Assembly (NCBI RefSeq): GCF_006345805.1
Contig: NC_042999.1
Coordinates: forward strand, 37,386,001 to 37,450,000
DNA: 64,000 nucleotides
Reading direction: 5' to 3'
Origin: Octopus sinensis
Lineage: Eukaryota
A program made the translations under genes and the position numbers. Below the pieces are notes generated by a model. It was not told where the DNA came from. It worked only from the letters and a program-made list of their open reading frames with translations, and made no database searches. Below are positions 26,433-37,951 of this stretch, in pieces; position 1 is the stretch's first letter, and every line of letters starts with the position of its first letter.

Positions 26433-27361
26433 CTCGATGTATAGAATACGTACAATATGAGTGGTGTTATTTTGTTTGGTGATTATTTAGGAGTTGTATA
26501 AAGCAGTTTTATCCCGATTTTAATGTTCGTCAGTTTTAGAATACCCCAACGTAAACTTGTGTATTATAACAAATACTGCACAGATGTAATATAATTCAAC
26601 ATTTACTGTAGAGTGTTGTTATAGATTTAGTTTTGATGAGCTAAAGTTGTTTTGTCAGCTTTAAATTAGGGATATGTCATTTACTCTTTGACAAAGCTAG
26701 TCTAATATCTCTACTTGGAAGTTTCTAGTCTTGGACTTGATGCGGTACATTGTCGAGAATCTAAGTTCATAGATGTACGTTGTGTGATATGGAACAATTA
26801 CATCAATAGCCAGAATCATTAGGGTTGCAATCCTATCGCTTCCTGCTGAAGCCCTTCCTCCAAATCAATATTCCTGGAACCGTCAAATGTGTTATGAATC
26901 ACAGAAACATTTCTCGACTTCAAGAATTCATCTTCTGCACAGTTCTTGTCAGAAAAGATGTTACTGCAACCTAGAAATTACTGTTTTATACACGCAGTGC
27001 TCATGCGTGTATAAAACAGGTACCTGGTGACCTAAACGGGTGAGCGTTTGTTCTTTGTGAAGACGTCAGGAGCAATTTCAGGCACCGAACACTGAACCTC
27101 TTTGCAATAAAGCAATGGATTTAGACGCAGTTTGAATTCAAAAACTATATTTCGAACGTTAGAGTTTCAAAATTCTCAGTCTAAGAACTGATTGTATGTG
27201 GCAAATAGTTTGCTGCCCACTCTTATGATTTCGGATTCAGTGCCACTGCATGGCACCTTGGGCAAGTGTCTTCCACTATAGCATTGGAACGACCAAAAAT
27301 CTGTTACTGGATAAAATAAACAGAAACTGAACAATGTCTATCACATACATTGTTGTTGTTG

Positions 27362-27557
27362 TGACCCCCTTCGGTCATGAATGACCATGGGATTGCACCT
27401 AGAAAGTTACTCTCCGAGGCACAAATCCGGTCAAGGTTGTTTGTGGAAGGCCAGCAGATGCCCATGCATACCAGCCTCCCCTCTCCACGCCACCGATGTT
27501 ATCCAAGGGAAAGGCAAAGGCCGAAACAGCTTGGCACCAGTGACGTCGCAGCTCATT
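27362..27557 (-). mobile_element. RTE-associated short repeat
   Basis: GC-rich block cccccttcggtcatgaatgaccatgggattgcacctagaaagtt...gacgtcgc of the kind recalled from RTE 5' sequences; assignment by recall only. Confidence 0.45.
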
Positions 27558-27795
27558 TATTAACGTGCAAGTGGCTGAGCACTCCACAGACACCCTTAAG
27601 GTAGTTCTCGGGGAGTTCAGCGTGACACAGAGTGTGACAAGGCTGGCCCTTTGAAGTTTCTAAGCACAATATCATCGTAAATACCGTTATGCTATCTACG
27701 TTTACGTGTAGTGGAAAATTTAGTCCATCTCATTGATGCAAATCGAACGAAAGAAGTGTATTGTTGTTTATATATAACATGTTACGTTCCAAGTG

Positions 27796-28241
27796 TGGAG
27801 GTGCAATGGCCCAGTGGTTAGGGCAGCGGACTCGCGGTCGGAGGATCGCGGTTTCGATTCCCAGACCGGGCATTGTGAGTGTTATTGAGCGAAAACACCT
27901 AAAGCTACACGAGGCTCCGGCAGAGGGTGGTGGTGAACCCTGTTGTACTCTTTCACCACAACTTTCTCTTACTCTTTCTTTCTGTTTCCGTTGTACTTGT
28001 ATTTCAAAGGGCCAGCCTTGTCACACTCTGTGTCACGCTGAATCTCCCCGAGAACTACGTTAAGAGTACACGTATCTGTGGAGTGCTCAGCCACTTGCAC
28101 GTTAATCGTATCAGCTGGGACCCTCATCGTCGCAACCGACTGAGTGCTCCTATACGTTCCAAGTGCTCCTATACGTTCCAAGTGCTCCTATACGTTCCAA
28201 GTGCTCCTATACGTTCCAAGTGCTCCTATACGTTCCAAGTG
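27796..28241 (+). mobile_element. SINE family C with a 5 x 19-bp 3' array built from SINE end plus TSD
   Basis: tacgttccaagtg at 27783-27795; gtgctcctatacgttccaa five times at 28144-28238. Confidence 0.9.
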
Positions 28242-28448
28242 AAAGTGAAGAGATTTACTTAATTGCAACGTAATCTTAGTATTAAGCTGAAAAGTAAAAT
28301 ACGAAAAGTATATTTACCGTTCTTAAAGCAATGAAATATTAATTCTTTTTAGAACGCCGGCAAAGCATGCAAAAGTTGAAAATGTAAAATGTAAAATATA
28401 GCAGACAGCTATAAGATGAAATATTGCAAAGCAGTTGTAGACAAAATA

Positions 28449-28612
28449 CTCTTTACTCTTTACTTGTTTAAGTCAATTGACTGCGGCCATGCTGGAGCAC
28501 CGCCTTTGGTCGAGCAAATCGACCCCAGGACTTATTCTTTGGAAGCCTAGTACTTATTCTATCAGTCTCTTTTGCCGAACCGCTAAGTTACGGGGACGTA
28601 AACACACCAGCG
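28449..28612 (-). mobile_element. SINE family A, 3' half
   Basis: Consensus 3' block. Confidence 0.8.
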
Positions 28613-28649
28613 ATATTTGCTGAGCAAAAGTTCAAATGAAGGGTTACTT

Positions 28650-28760
28650 GTGTAAGCGCATGCGCCTAGACTATAGTCCGGTCATGAAGACTTCACTCAA
28701 GCCGGGATCAAAAATAAGGTTATTGTATATCATTGCGCATGTGTTACCGGAAGTCCATAA
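28650..28760. promoter_or_regulatory. Possible promoter or transposon-end motif cluster
   Basis: gcgcatgcgc (NRF1-type), tgcgcatgtg and ccggaagt (ETS-type) within about 100 bp of unique, CpG-containing DNA. Confidence 0.25.
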
Positions 28761-28963
28761 TAAACATGTATTATTTTTCAAATGACATCGCAAATATTTG
28801 TTGTTGACGCACTTATTAATAGCGTGCATTTTCTTCCCGCCGCTTCTTTAATACTAATAATATCTTGTTTTAAGCTTGTTTGAGTTGCTGACAACATTTT
28901 GTATTGAAACTTTTGCGGTAGCAGAATTCGCTCTTATTATTATTATAGGTTATACTCTTTACT

Positions 28964-29340
28964 CTCTTTACTCTTTTACTTGTTTCAGTCATTTGACTGC
29001 GACCATGCTGGAGCACCACCTTTAGTCGAGCAAATCGACCCCAGGACTTATTCTTTGTAAGTCTTATTCTATCGGTGTCTTTTGCCGAAACGCTAAGTTA
29101 CGGGGACGTAAACACACCAGCATCGGTTGTCAGGCGACAAACACAGACACACAAACACACACACACACACACACACACAAATATATCGGACTTCTTTCAG
29201 TTTCCGTCTACCAAATCCACTCACAAGGCTTTGATCGGCCCGAGGCTATAGTAGAAGACACTTGCCCAAGGTGCCACGCCGTAGGACTGAACCTGGAACC
29301 ATGTGGATGGTAAATAAGCTACTTACCACACAGCCACTTC
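28964..29340 (-). mobile_element. SINE family A, near full length
   Basis: Head, CORE-like segment, CA tract and 3' block. Confidence 0.85.
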
Positions 29341-29718
29341 TGCTTCATTATCTTTTTTTTTCAGTTAGTATTCTCCATTACTTCATCATTGGTATTATTT
29401 TTTACGACACAATGAAATTCATCACCACCGGGATCGCCACGACAAGCTCTTCCTGCATCTAACGCCGACAAGGACAACCTCATAATTCATCCTTACGCAT
29501 GTAAGCTCACTAAGTGAATATGACTACAGAAACCTTCATTTATCTTATACGATGTTTAATGTCGTTTCACATTCAAGTTGAATTACGCAGCAATCTTTAT
29601 GTTCTTTTCGTAGAACACTTGTAATGTATGTATTACCAGTTCTTCTGTTATAGTAGATTTTTACTACTCTTGTTTATGTCTCCTCACAGATATGCATGTT
29701 TTTCAAAACTCGAAAAAA

Positions 29719-30031
29719 TATGGAAAAAAGTGAAAGGGATACGGTGAACTTGCCGTGAGGAGTGGAATGTCCAACGTTTCGGATTCAATCCTTCGTCAAA
29801 GGGAAGAGAAAAAGAGAAGAAAAGGAGAAAAATGTCAAACAGATTTTACATCCTCTCAGCTTGAAAAACTGGCTGCCAGTTTTTCAAGCTGAGAGGATGT
29901 AAAATCTGTTTGACATTTTTCTCCTTTTCTTCTCTTTTTCTCTTCCCTTTGACGAAGGATTGAACCCAACACGTTGGACATTCCAATCCTCACGGCAAAT
30001 TCACTGCACCCCTTTCACTTTTTTTCCATAT
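29719..30031. repeat. Palindrome (about 155-bp arms, 1-nt centre at 29874) of PLE pseudo-LTR-like sequence
   Basis: actggc-t-gccagt centre; the left arm read on minus has ttTGACGA-a-gga-ttgaa-tcc-GAAAC-GTT. Confidence 0.8.
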
Positions 30032-30057
30032 AAATGTAGTATGTATGTGTGTGTGTG

Positions 30058-30165
30058 TGTGGCTGTGTTGTAAGACCCACCTTGAGCAAGTTTCTTCTAC
30101 CATAGACTCGGGCCGACCAAAGCCATGTGAATGCATTTGGTTGTCGAAAACTGAAAGAAGTCCGT

Positions 30166-30228
<63 letters not shown>

Positions 30229-30487
30229 TGTGTGTGTGTGTGTGTGTGTCTGTGTGTGTATGTATATCTATGTGTGTGTATGTGTTTTTGTGTCTCTGTC
30301 TCTCACCACCGCTTGACAACCTGTATTGGTGTGTTTACGTTCCCGTTACTTAGCGGTTCGGCAAAAAGGACCAATAGAATAAGTATCAGGTTTGAAAAAT
30401 AAATAAATATTGGGGTCGATTCATTCGACTAAAAAAATTCAAGGTGGTGTCCCAGCATGGCCGCAGTCTAATGACTGAGACAAGTAA
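30058..30487 (+). mobile_element. SINE family A, decayed
   Basis: Head with deletions, TA/GT tract and 3' block. Confidence 0.75.
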
Positions 30488-30506
30488 AATATATATATAT
30501 ATGTAT

Positions 30507-30918
30507 ATAGGCGTAGGAGTGGCTGTGTGGTAAGTACCTTGCTTACCAACCACATGGTTACAGGTTCAGTCCTACTGCGTGGTACCTTGGGCAAGTGTCT
30601 TCTACTATAGCCTCGGGCCGATCAAAGCCTTGTGAGTGGATTTGGTAGACGGAAACTGAAAGAAGCCCGTCGTATATATGTATGTATATATATATATATG
30701 TATGTGTGTGTATATGTTTGTGTGTCTGTGTTTGTCCCCCCAACATCGCTTAACAACCGATGGTGGTGTGTTTACGTCCCCGTAACTGAGCGGTTCGGCA
30801 AAAGAGACCGATAGAATAACTACTAGCCTTACAAAAAATAAGTCCCGGGGTCGATTTGCTCGACTAAAGGCGGTGCTCCAGCATGGCCACAGTCAAAATG
30901 ACTGAAACAAGTAAAGAG
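30507..30918 (+). mobile_element. SINE family A, full length
   Basis: tataggcgtaggagtggctgtg...gactgaaacaagtaaagag. Confidence 0.9.
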
Positions 30919-31105
30919 TATATATATGTGTATATATATATATAAACGGCGGTGCATCAGCATGGCCGCAGCTCTGGGCTGAAACTAGGAAAAAAAAAAT
31001 ATATATATATATATATACTCACACATATGTATACATTAGCGTAAGTGTGTATATACATACACATACATATATGGAAGGACACATGCATACATACATATAT
31101 ATACC

Positions 31106-31142
<37 letters not shown>

Positions 31143-31143
31143 T

Positions 31144-31179
<36 letters not shown>

Positions 31180-31195
31180 GTATTATATATATATG

Positions 31196-31228
<33 letters not shown>

Positions 31229-31273
31229 GTATTATATATATATATATATTGTATATATATGTATATATATATA

Positions 31274-31306
<33 letters not shown>

Positions 31307-31410
31307 CATATATACATATATATATATATACATATATATACATATATTATATATATATATATATACATATATATAATATATACATATATATATACATATA
31401 TATATATATA

Positions 31411-34400
31411 AAAGCAATAAAGATTCAAGTTAATTTAAATGAATTTACTTGAATATGGTACCTAACTTAGATGCACCAAAAAAAACTATACTGTTTTAAC
31501 AATACAGTAATGTGGGGTGATTATAAGCGAGAAAGAAGCAACAAGAATAAATTATGGACTAGAGCAGATACACCTAATTATTTTGATATACCAATGGGTT
31601 CCAGTGATTCGGCTGAGGTAACCAACCTAGTAGGCGCATATCTATTAAAATGCATAAGCAAGGATATCCCAGAAATACAGGGGGGTCTATATAGGGATGA
31701 TGCTCTGCTTGTTATCCCTAGTAATAATAAATCTGTTATAGAAAGGATTAGAAAGAAAATTAATAAGTTCTTTAAGGATTTCAACCTCAGTATAACGTAT
31801 GAACCGGGCACTAAAATAGTTAACTTCCTAGATATTACGCTAGACCTTAACTCCAAGCTGCATTACCCATTTAGAAAGGAAGGCGAAATCACGAATTACG
31901 TAATAAATTATCAAATCATCCCCCAAATATAATTGAATCTTTAGTAAGAAATATTTCATTAAGAATTTCAAAATTATCATCCAATAAGGATATATTTAAC
32001 TCCCATTCTGAGCATTATAATGCGGCGTTAACTAAGGCTGGATACAACCAAAAGATTACATTCGTTGATAAGGAGAACTCACGTATTCCTAATAAAGAAG
32101 TTATCAGTAATCACGTAAGCAGCAATACAGACCAAGCCCGAAATAAAAGTAGAATTAAATTAACGGTAACGCTAATCTAACGTACAGGCCCAACAATTCA
32201 AATAGAAGCATTGACCAGAACATAGGTAACTCGGATAATATCGAAGTAGATAAACCTAAGATGCACACAAATATAAATAAAAATAATGGTAATAAATACA
32301 ATAACTCCGGTGAGATGAATAGTAATAATTCTACGAACCCTAAATTTAATAAAAAAGATATATTATGGCTGAAATTCCTTTCAACTGTGCGATACAATCG
32401 GATATACAGAACAAATTCAAAGTAATTCTGGAAAAAAATTTCCCTATCTCTCATAGATATCATAGAATTATTTCTAGGAAAACAGTTAGGATTTCTTATT
32501 CAACCCTCCCAAATATGTCCACTTTAATAGCTAAGATTAATAATAACAACATTAAACTAGCCAGGAAAGATAGAAATAAAAATAATAATATCAGCATGAA
32601 TACCAATAGCAATTATAATAATACTACCAACAATAAAAACAGCAATAGTAACTATCAAAACATAGGTGAAATTAGTAACCACAGAAGGACTAATAACATT
32701 AACATTAATAGTAATAATAACAATGCCGATATTAATAGAAGTAATAATGTTAATAATAGAAATAATAGAAATAAGGCTAATGGAGAAAATAAGGAGAATG
32801 AAAATATCAGTGATATCTATAACAACAATATGCAGTCGGATAAAAAGACTAACAATAATAGTAACATTCAATAATATAAGAAATCATGGTAGGACTTTAG
32901 ACCTAAATGATGAAACAGAAGGATCAATAAATAATAGCAATACTTTAGATATCAGCACCAACTATAGAAATATTAATAACAATAAGGACAATTATACTCA
33001 TGATAATCAAAATAATAGGAACCTAAGACATCTACCCAAGAATAATCAAAACCTGAAGTTGTTCCTCCTGTGTGTAAGTGTAGAATAAAATCAAAATGCC
33101 CGGCACCTGGTCTATGCGGGGAAAATAATGTAATCTATAAATGTACCATATCCACGGAGAATAACAAATATTTTTACATTGGATGTACAATAATTTTCTA
33201 GCCAGAGTTAGAAATCACATCTCGTCTTTTAAATTACGTCATAAAGCTGGTACCACCACACTTTCAAACAAAATCTGGGAACTCAAAAATAATAATAATA
33301 ATTATAACCTTAATTGGGAAATAGTTAGGAGAGCAATTCCGTATAAAAATAGTAGGGTTGGTTGCCAACTATGCTCCATGGAGACGTATGAAATTCTAAA
33401 GCATAGAAAACATAGAAACTTATTGAATAACCATATCGAACTAGGTCAAGTTTGTGTCCACGCTAAATTGAAGACTTTAAAATATTTTAAATGATTAGAA
33501 TATTCGTAACTAGATAGATAGATAGATATAACTTGATTTTTACTAGTATAGCACTGCTTTAAGTAGATAACTAAGAGTTCTCACACTACAGTTATCTTTT
33601 TCCTTATATCTGCATCAGTTTTTTGAGAACAGGGAAATGAATAGTACTTATACGCTGCTTAATTGAGGCTTTATTTAATTTCAAACTCATAATTTTAAAT
33701 CTTAATTTTAAATCTTAATTGTAATTTTAATTTTAATTCTTAACTTAATCTAATTTAAGTAGCATAACTTTAATAAAATAAAATGAGTTACTAAACCCAT
33801 AATTCTATTTCAAAATTAAATAAATAAGGCTACCCTCGGTGATAATATGATTATCTTCATTATGATAGACAATTCCCTAACACCTTGTAAATGATCTTCT
33901 AAGATTTGACCTGTAGTCCGTCAATGTATGAATAATAACGGCAACTCCTTAAGACAATAAAATGAATAAATGAAATAAATAAATTTTAATGACTTTTTGA
34001 TAAGATTATACTTAGATTTTCCTAATGTATTTTCTTTTGATTTTAGCCTCTGACCCCTAAACCCCTGAGCGTGTTATCTCTTTAGATTCTCTTTAAATTC
34101 ATAGCTGATTTCAACAGCAATAAATAGCTGTTTTACTGGTCAAAGAATAATATTCTCCTCTAGTTCCTAGATGCCTGTAAATTAAAACCAGACTTGCCGT
34201 CTACTAATTCTTCTGTATAACTAGAACCCTCTTTTTTTCTTTTTCTTTTTCCCTTCTTTCCCTATTCTTTCTCTTTTCTCTTTTTTCTTTTTCTTTTTCC
34301 CTTCTTTCCCTATTTCTTTCTTCTTCTCTTTTTTCTTTTTCTTCTTATTCTCTTTTTCCTTTTCTCTTCTCTTTTAGTCCCCCTCTCCCCCCTTTTTGCT

Positions 34401-35110
34401 CCCTCCTCCTTTATTTTCTCTCTTTTCTTCTCTTCCCTTCCCTTTTCTGTTCTCTGCCTCTCTAGAAAGCCCTTCAGCCTTAAAAGTTAAATAGCTACAG
34501 CCTCTTGTAAATAGCAGTAATGTGATTAATGTGGCAAATACCTAATCATATAACAAGAATTGATACCTACCTCATTGTGTTCAACCATTGATAAATTTAT
34601 CGCCTGTGAATATGAAATTCCTCTTCATTTCTCTGGAAATTTACATCTACACCATTGGAAATTGTGCATCTATACAAAGGATTAATTCACCCTCTCTGTA
34701 ATGCTAATAAGCAGGAATTGAGACCCACCTCGTTGTGATTAACAATGGATAAATTTGTCGTCTGTGAGTATGTAATCCCTCCTCATATCTCTGGAAATTC
34801 ATATGTGCACTATGGATTAGGTCACCTTCTCTGTGATGCTATTAAAACTTTTTTAAAATTCTGTGATAAGACTGTACATCATCTTTAAAGAACTTTAATG
34901 AACTTTGGAAATCTGTTTATGTTACTTAATTATCTACATTACTTCATGAGTATAGCCTCAACCACTAGGATGTCTAGAGAACTCACATGTATTTTAGCTG
35001 ATGAGTACGGGACACGTTTATATGCTGTAATTTTTTGCAACATTTAATAAAGCCTGTCCTTGTATGAAACGATTGTACTAAAAACCTATCCATTCTTGTT
35101 GCTTCTTTCT

Positions 35111-35112
<2 letters not shown>
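31411..35112 (+). mobile_element. 5'-truncated Penelope-like retrotransposon (Hydra-type): RT, Asn-rich linker, CxCx5C, GIY-YIG, 1.6-kb 3' UTR with hammerhead
   Basis: FDIPMGSSDSAEVTNLVG, LYRDDAL, VNFLDITLDL, SNHPP, HYNAALTKAGY, PFNCAIQSDI...RISYSTLPNM, CKCRIKSKCP, NVIYKC...FYIGCT, RVRNHISSF, CQLCSMETYEI; broken by frameshifts; (TA)n on both sides. Confidence 0.9.
34992..35083 (+). ncRNA. Type I hammerhead ribozyme in the PLE 3' end
   Basis: Stem I ttttag/ctaaaa; CTGATGA 34998-35004; stem II gtacgggaca/tgtccttgtat around a long loop; GAAAC-gatt-GTA. Confidence 0.85.
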
Positions 35113-35113
<1 letters not shown>

Positions 35114-35193
<80 letters not shown>

Positions 35194-35341
35194 TATGTAT
35201 GCATGTGTCCTTCCATATATGTATGTGTATGTATATACACACTTACGCTAATGTATACATATGTGTGAGTATATATATATATATATATATATTTTTTTTC
35301 CTAGTTTCAGCCCAGAGCTGCGGCCATGCTGATGCACCGCC

Positions 35342-35386
<45 letters not shown>

Positions 35387-35492
35387 TATACTCTTTACTT
35401 GTTTCAGTCATTTTGACTGTGGCCATGCTGGAGCACCGCCTTTAGTCGAGCAAATCGACCCCGGGACTTATTTTTTGTAAGGCTAGTAGTTA
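35114..35492 (-). repeat. Inverted duplicate of 30807-~31150
   Basis: Shares copy-specific variants (ataactactagcc, ggccacagtcaaaatg) and the unique gctctgggctgaaactagg and ggaaggacacatgc segments; differs mainly in microsatellite length. Confidence 0.9.
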
Positions 35493-35541
35493 TTCTATCG
35501 GTATCATATATATATATACATATATATACATATATATATAT

Positions 35542-35581
<40 letters not shown>

Positions 35582-35665
35582 GTAGCTGGACGTATTTGGA
35601 ATATATCTCATTAAATCACCCTTTTTGTTAACGTCAAGCAACCTCTCAATATCTTATTGTCGTAC

Positions 35666-35748
35666 TTTCTGTAGGCCAAGTCGCCATATTTCTGCCTCAT
35701 TTCACTTTGATATGCTTCGGGTACACGCATGATCGCAATGATTTTTCT
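35666..35748 (-). CDS. Candidate 83-nt exon of an unidentified gene
   Basis: T12 tract plus AG acceptor and AAA|GTACGA donor; open frame RKIIAIMRVPEAYQSEMRQKYGDLAYR. Confidence 0.45.
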
Positions 35749-36003
35749 CTAAAAAAAAAAAATTCAAATTGAGCATTAACCATACAAATCTGAGTTAATT
35801 GCCATTATATAGCCATATCATATATGCCATTATATATGTCGAGGAAGATTAGTAAAATAAATGTTTAATTCTCTTGCTCCTTTTATTTCTCCTCCTATTT
35901 TTTTCTCATTTACAGCATATTATTATTAAAAGATAGGAACCAGTGCAATGGCACTGGTTCTTTCTATCTTACTCGTTTTTATTGTGGTTATCTGCACCAA
36001 GCA

Positions 36004-36800
36004 GACGGCGAGCTGGCAGAAACGATAGCACGCCGGGCGAAATGCGTTGCCGTATTTCGTCTGCCGTTACGTTCTGAGTTCAAATTCCGCCGAGGTCGAC
36101 TTTGCCTTTCATCCTTTCGAGGTCGATAAATTAAGTACCAGTTACGCACTGGGGTTGATGTAATCGACTTAATCCGTTTGTCTGTCCTTGTTTGTCCCCT
36201 TGTGGGCAGTAAAGAAATAAGAATCGTTAGTACGCCGGGCGAAATACTTAACGGTATTTCGTCTGCCGCTACGTTCTGAGTTCAAATTCCGCCGAGGTCG
36301 ACTATGCCTTTCATCCTTTCGAGGTCGATTAAATAAGTACCAGCTACGCACTGGAGTCGATATAATCGACTTAATCCGTTTGTCTGTCCTTGTTTGTCCT
36401 CCCTGAGTTTAGCCCTTTGTGAGTAGTAAAAAAATAGGTATTTCGTCTGCCGTTACGTTCTGAGTTCAAATTCCGCCGAGGTCGACTTTGCCTTTCATCC
36501 TTTCGAGGTCGATAAATTAAGTACCAGTTGCGCACTGGGGTCGATATAATCTACTTAATCCGTTTGTCTGTCCTTCTTTGTCTCCTCTATGTTTAGCCCC
36601 TTGTGGGCAATAAAGAAATAAGAATCGTTAGCATGGCAGACAAAATGCTTAGCGGCTTTTCTTCCGGCTCTTTGCATTCTGAGTTCAAATTTTATCTGGT
36701 CAGCTTTGCCTTTCGGCCTTTCCGGCTCAAGTACGGGAGTCGATGTAATCGACTTGACCTTCGCCTCAACATTGCTCGCCTAGTGCCAAAATTAGAATTA
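36004..36800 (+). mobile_element. Head-to-tail array of SINE family B (three units plus one decayed)
   Basis: Units restart at 36220 (agaatcgttag), 36438 (gtatttcgtc) and 36621. Confidence 0.85.
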
Positions 36801-37082
36801 TTTGCACCTAGTCCTTGCTATTCTTCTTCTTCTTCTTCTTCTTCTTCTTCTTCTTCTTCTCCTCCTCTCCTCCTCCTCCTCCACCTTCTTTTTCCTCCTC
36901 CTTCTCCTCGTCCCCCACCAGCTGCGCTTCAGTCTATTTCTATACGTTTCACATACGCCTACATGTAATGTATAGCATACGATTTCATCAATAAATAAAC
37001 GCAAGAATAAAGACATCCTACACATGCCAGTTGGGAATCGACATTAGATTCCATGGTTATTGTCAAAGTAAATTATCCATAC

Positions 37083-37128
37083 TCCTTTAATGGTCGTTAT
37101 TTTCCGGTTTTGATTTTCTTGGTTGGTC
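37083..37128 (-). CDS. Candidate 46-nt exon
   Basis: ttatgttAG acceptor and GGA|GTATGG donor; the only open frame (DQPRKSKPEITTIKG) ends in phase 0, matching the 35748 exon. Confidence 0.35.
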
Positions 37129-37627
37129 GCTAACATAAGTTTATACGCATGTAGTTTCTGAATGGCTGTCATGGCGTAGTCTCTGTTTTCTTTAGTGTGG
37201 AACGTTCAGAAGAGAGAATCCTATAGCGTAACAGCAATAGAGGGCCTCAATGTATTTACTCTACCAGCTAGAAATAGCAGCCAAATCTCTTCGTCTTTAG
37301 AAAGAAGAGGGAAACACTCTAAAATGTAGTCCTTGAGCAGGGGTTCTCAATTGTGGATCAATTTGGTTTATATATATTTCCATGGAATAAAATTAATGAA
37401 ACTAAGTTTTAAAAAATCAAACTGAGCAAATGTAATTCTTTCTATTACACTGGGCAAAAAAATACAACAACTTTTTTCTGGTACCTGGAATATTTCAACG
37501 AATTCTTAAGGGATTTTGCCTACTAAATTCAAAACTAACTTCAGTTTTTCTCTATCAGGTCTAGTTTTATGATTCGACCTGATAGAGTAATATTCTTGTG
37601 TGAATATATATATATATATATATATGT

Positions 37628-37698
<71 letters not shown>

Positions 37699-37911
37699 TG
37701 TGTGTGTGAGTTTGTGTGTGTGTATGTATATATATATGTATATATATGTGTATGTGTGTTTGTGTGTGTGTATGTTTGTGTGTGGGTGTGTGTGTATTTG
37801 TTTGTGTGTATGTGTGTGTATGTAATGTACGCATTCATATTTATCACGCTTAGTTTTTGCCGAGTAGGATATACTCTGCTGATGAGGTGTCCTTAGACTG
37901 ATACTTTTCAC

Positions 37912-37951
37912 CAGTTAACTTTCAAGACCAGATTCATTTTATTTGCATCGC
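37912..37951 (-). CDS. Candidate 40-nt exon
   Basis: ttcctggtatAG acceptor and CTG|GTGAAA donor; DANKMNLVLKVN ends in phase 2, matching the 37128 exon. Confidence 0.3.

Noticed and set aside
29345-29500. GC-richer segment with good plus-strand splice sites
   Set aside because: All three plus frames contain stops; the minus-strand alternatives are ambiguous.
37875-37900. CTGATGAG core
   Set aside because: No downstream GAAA or supporting stems.
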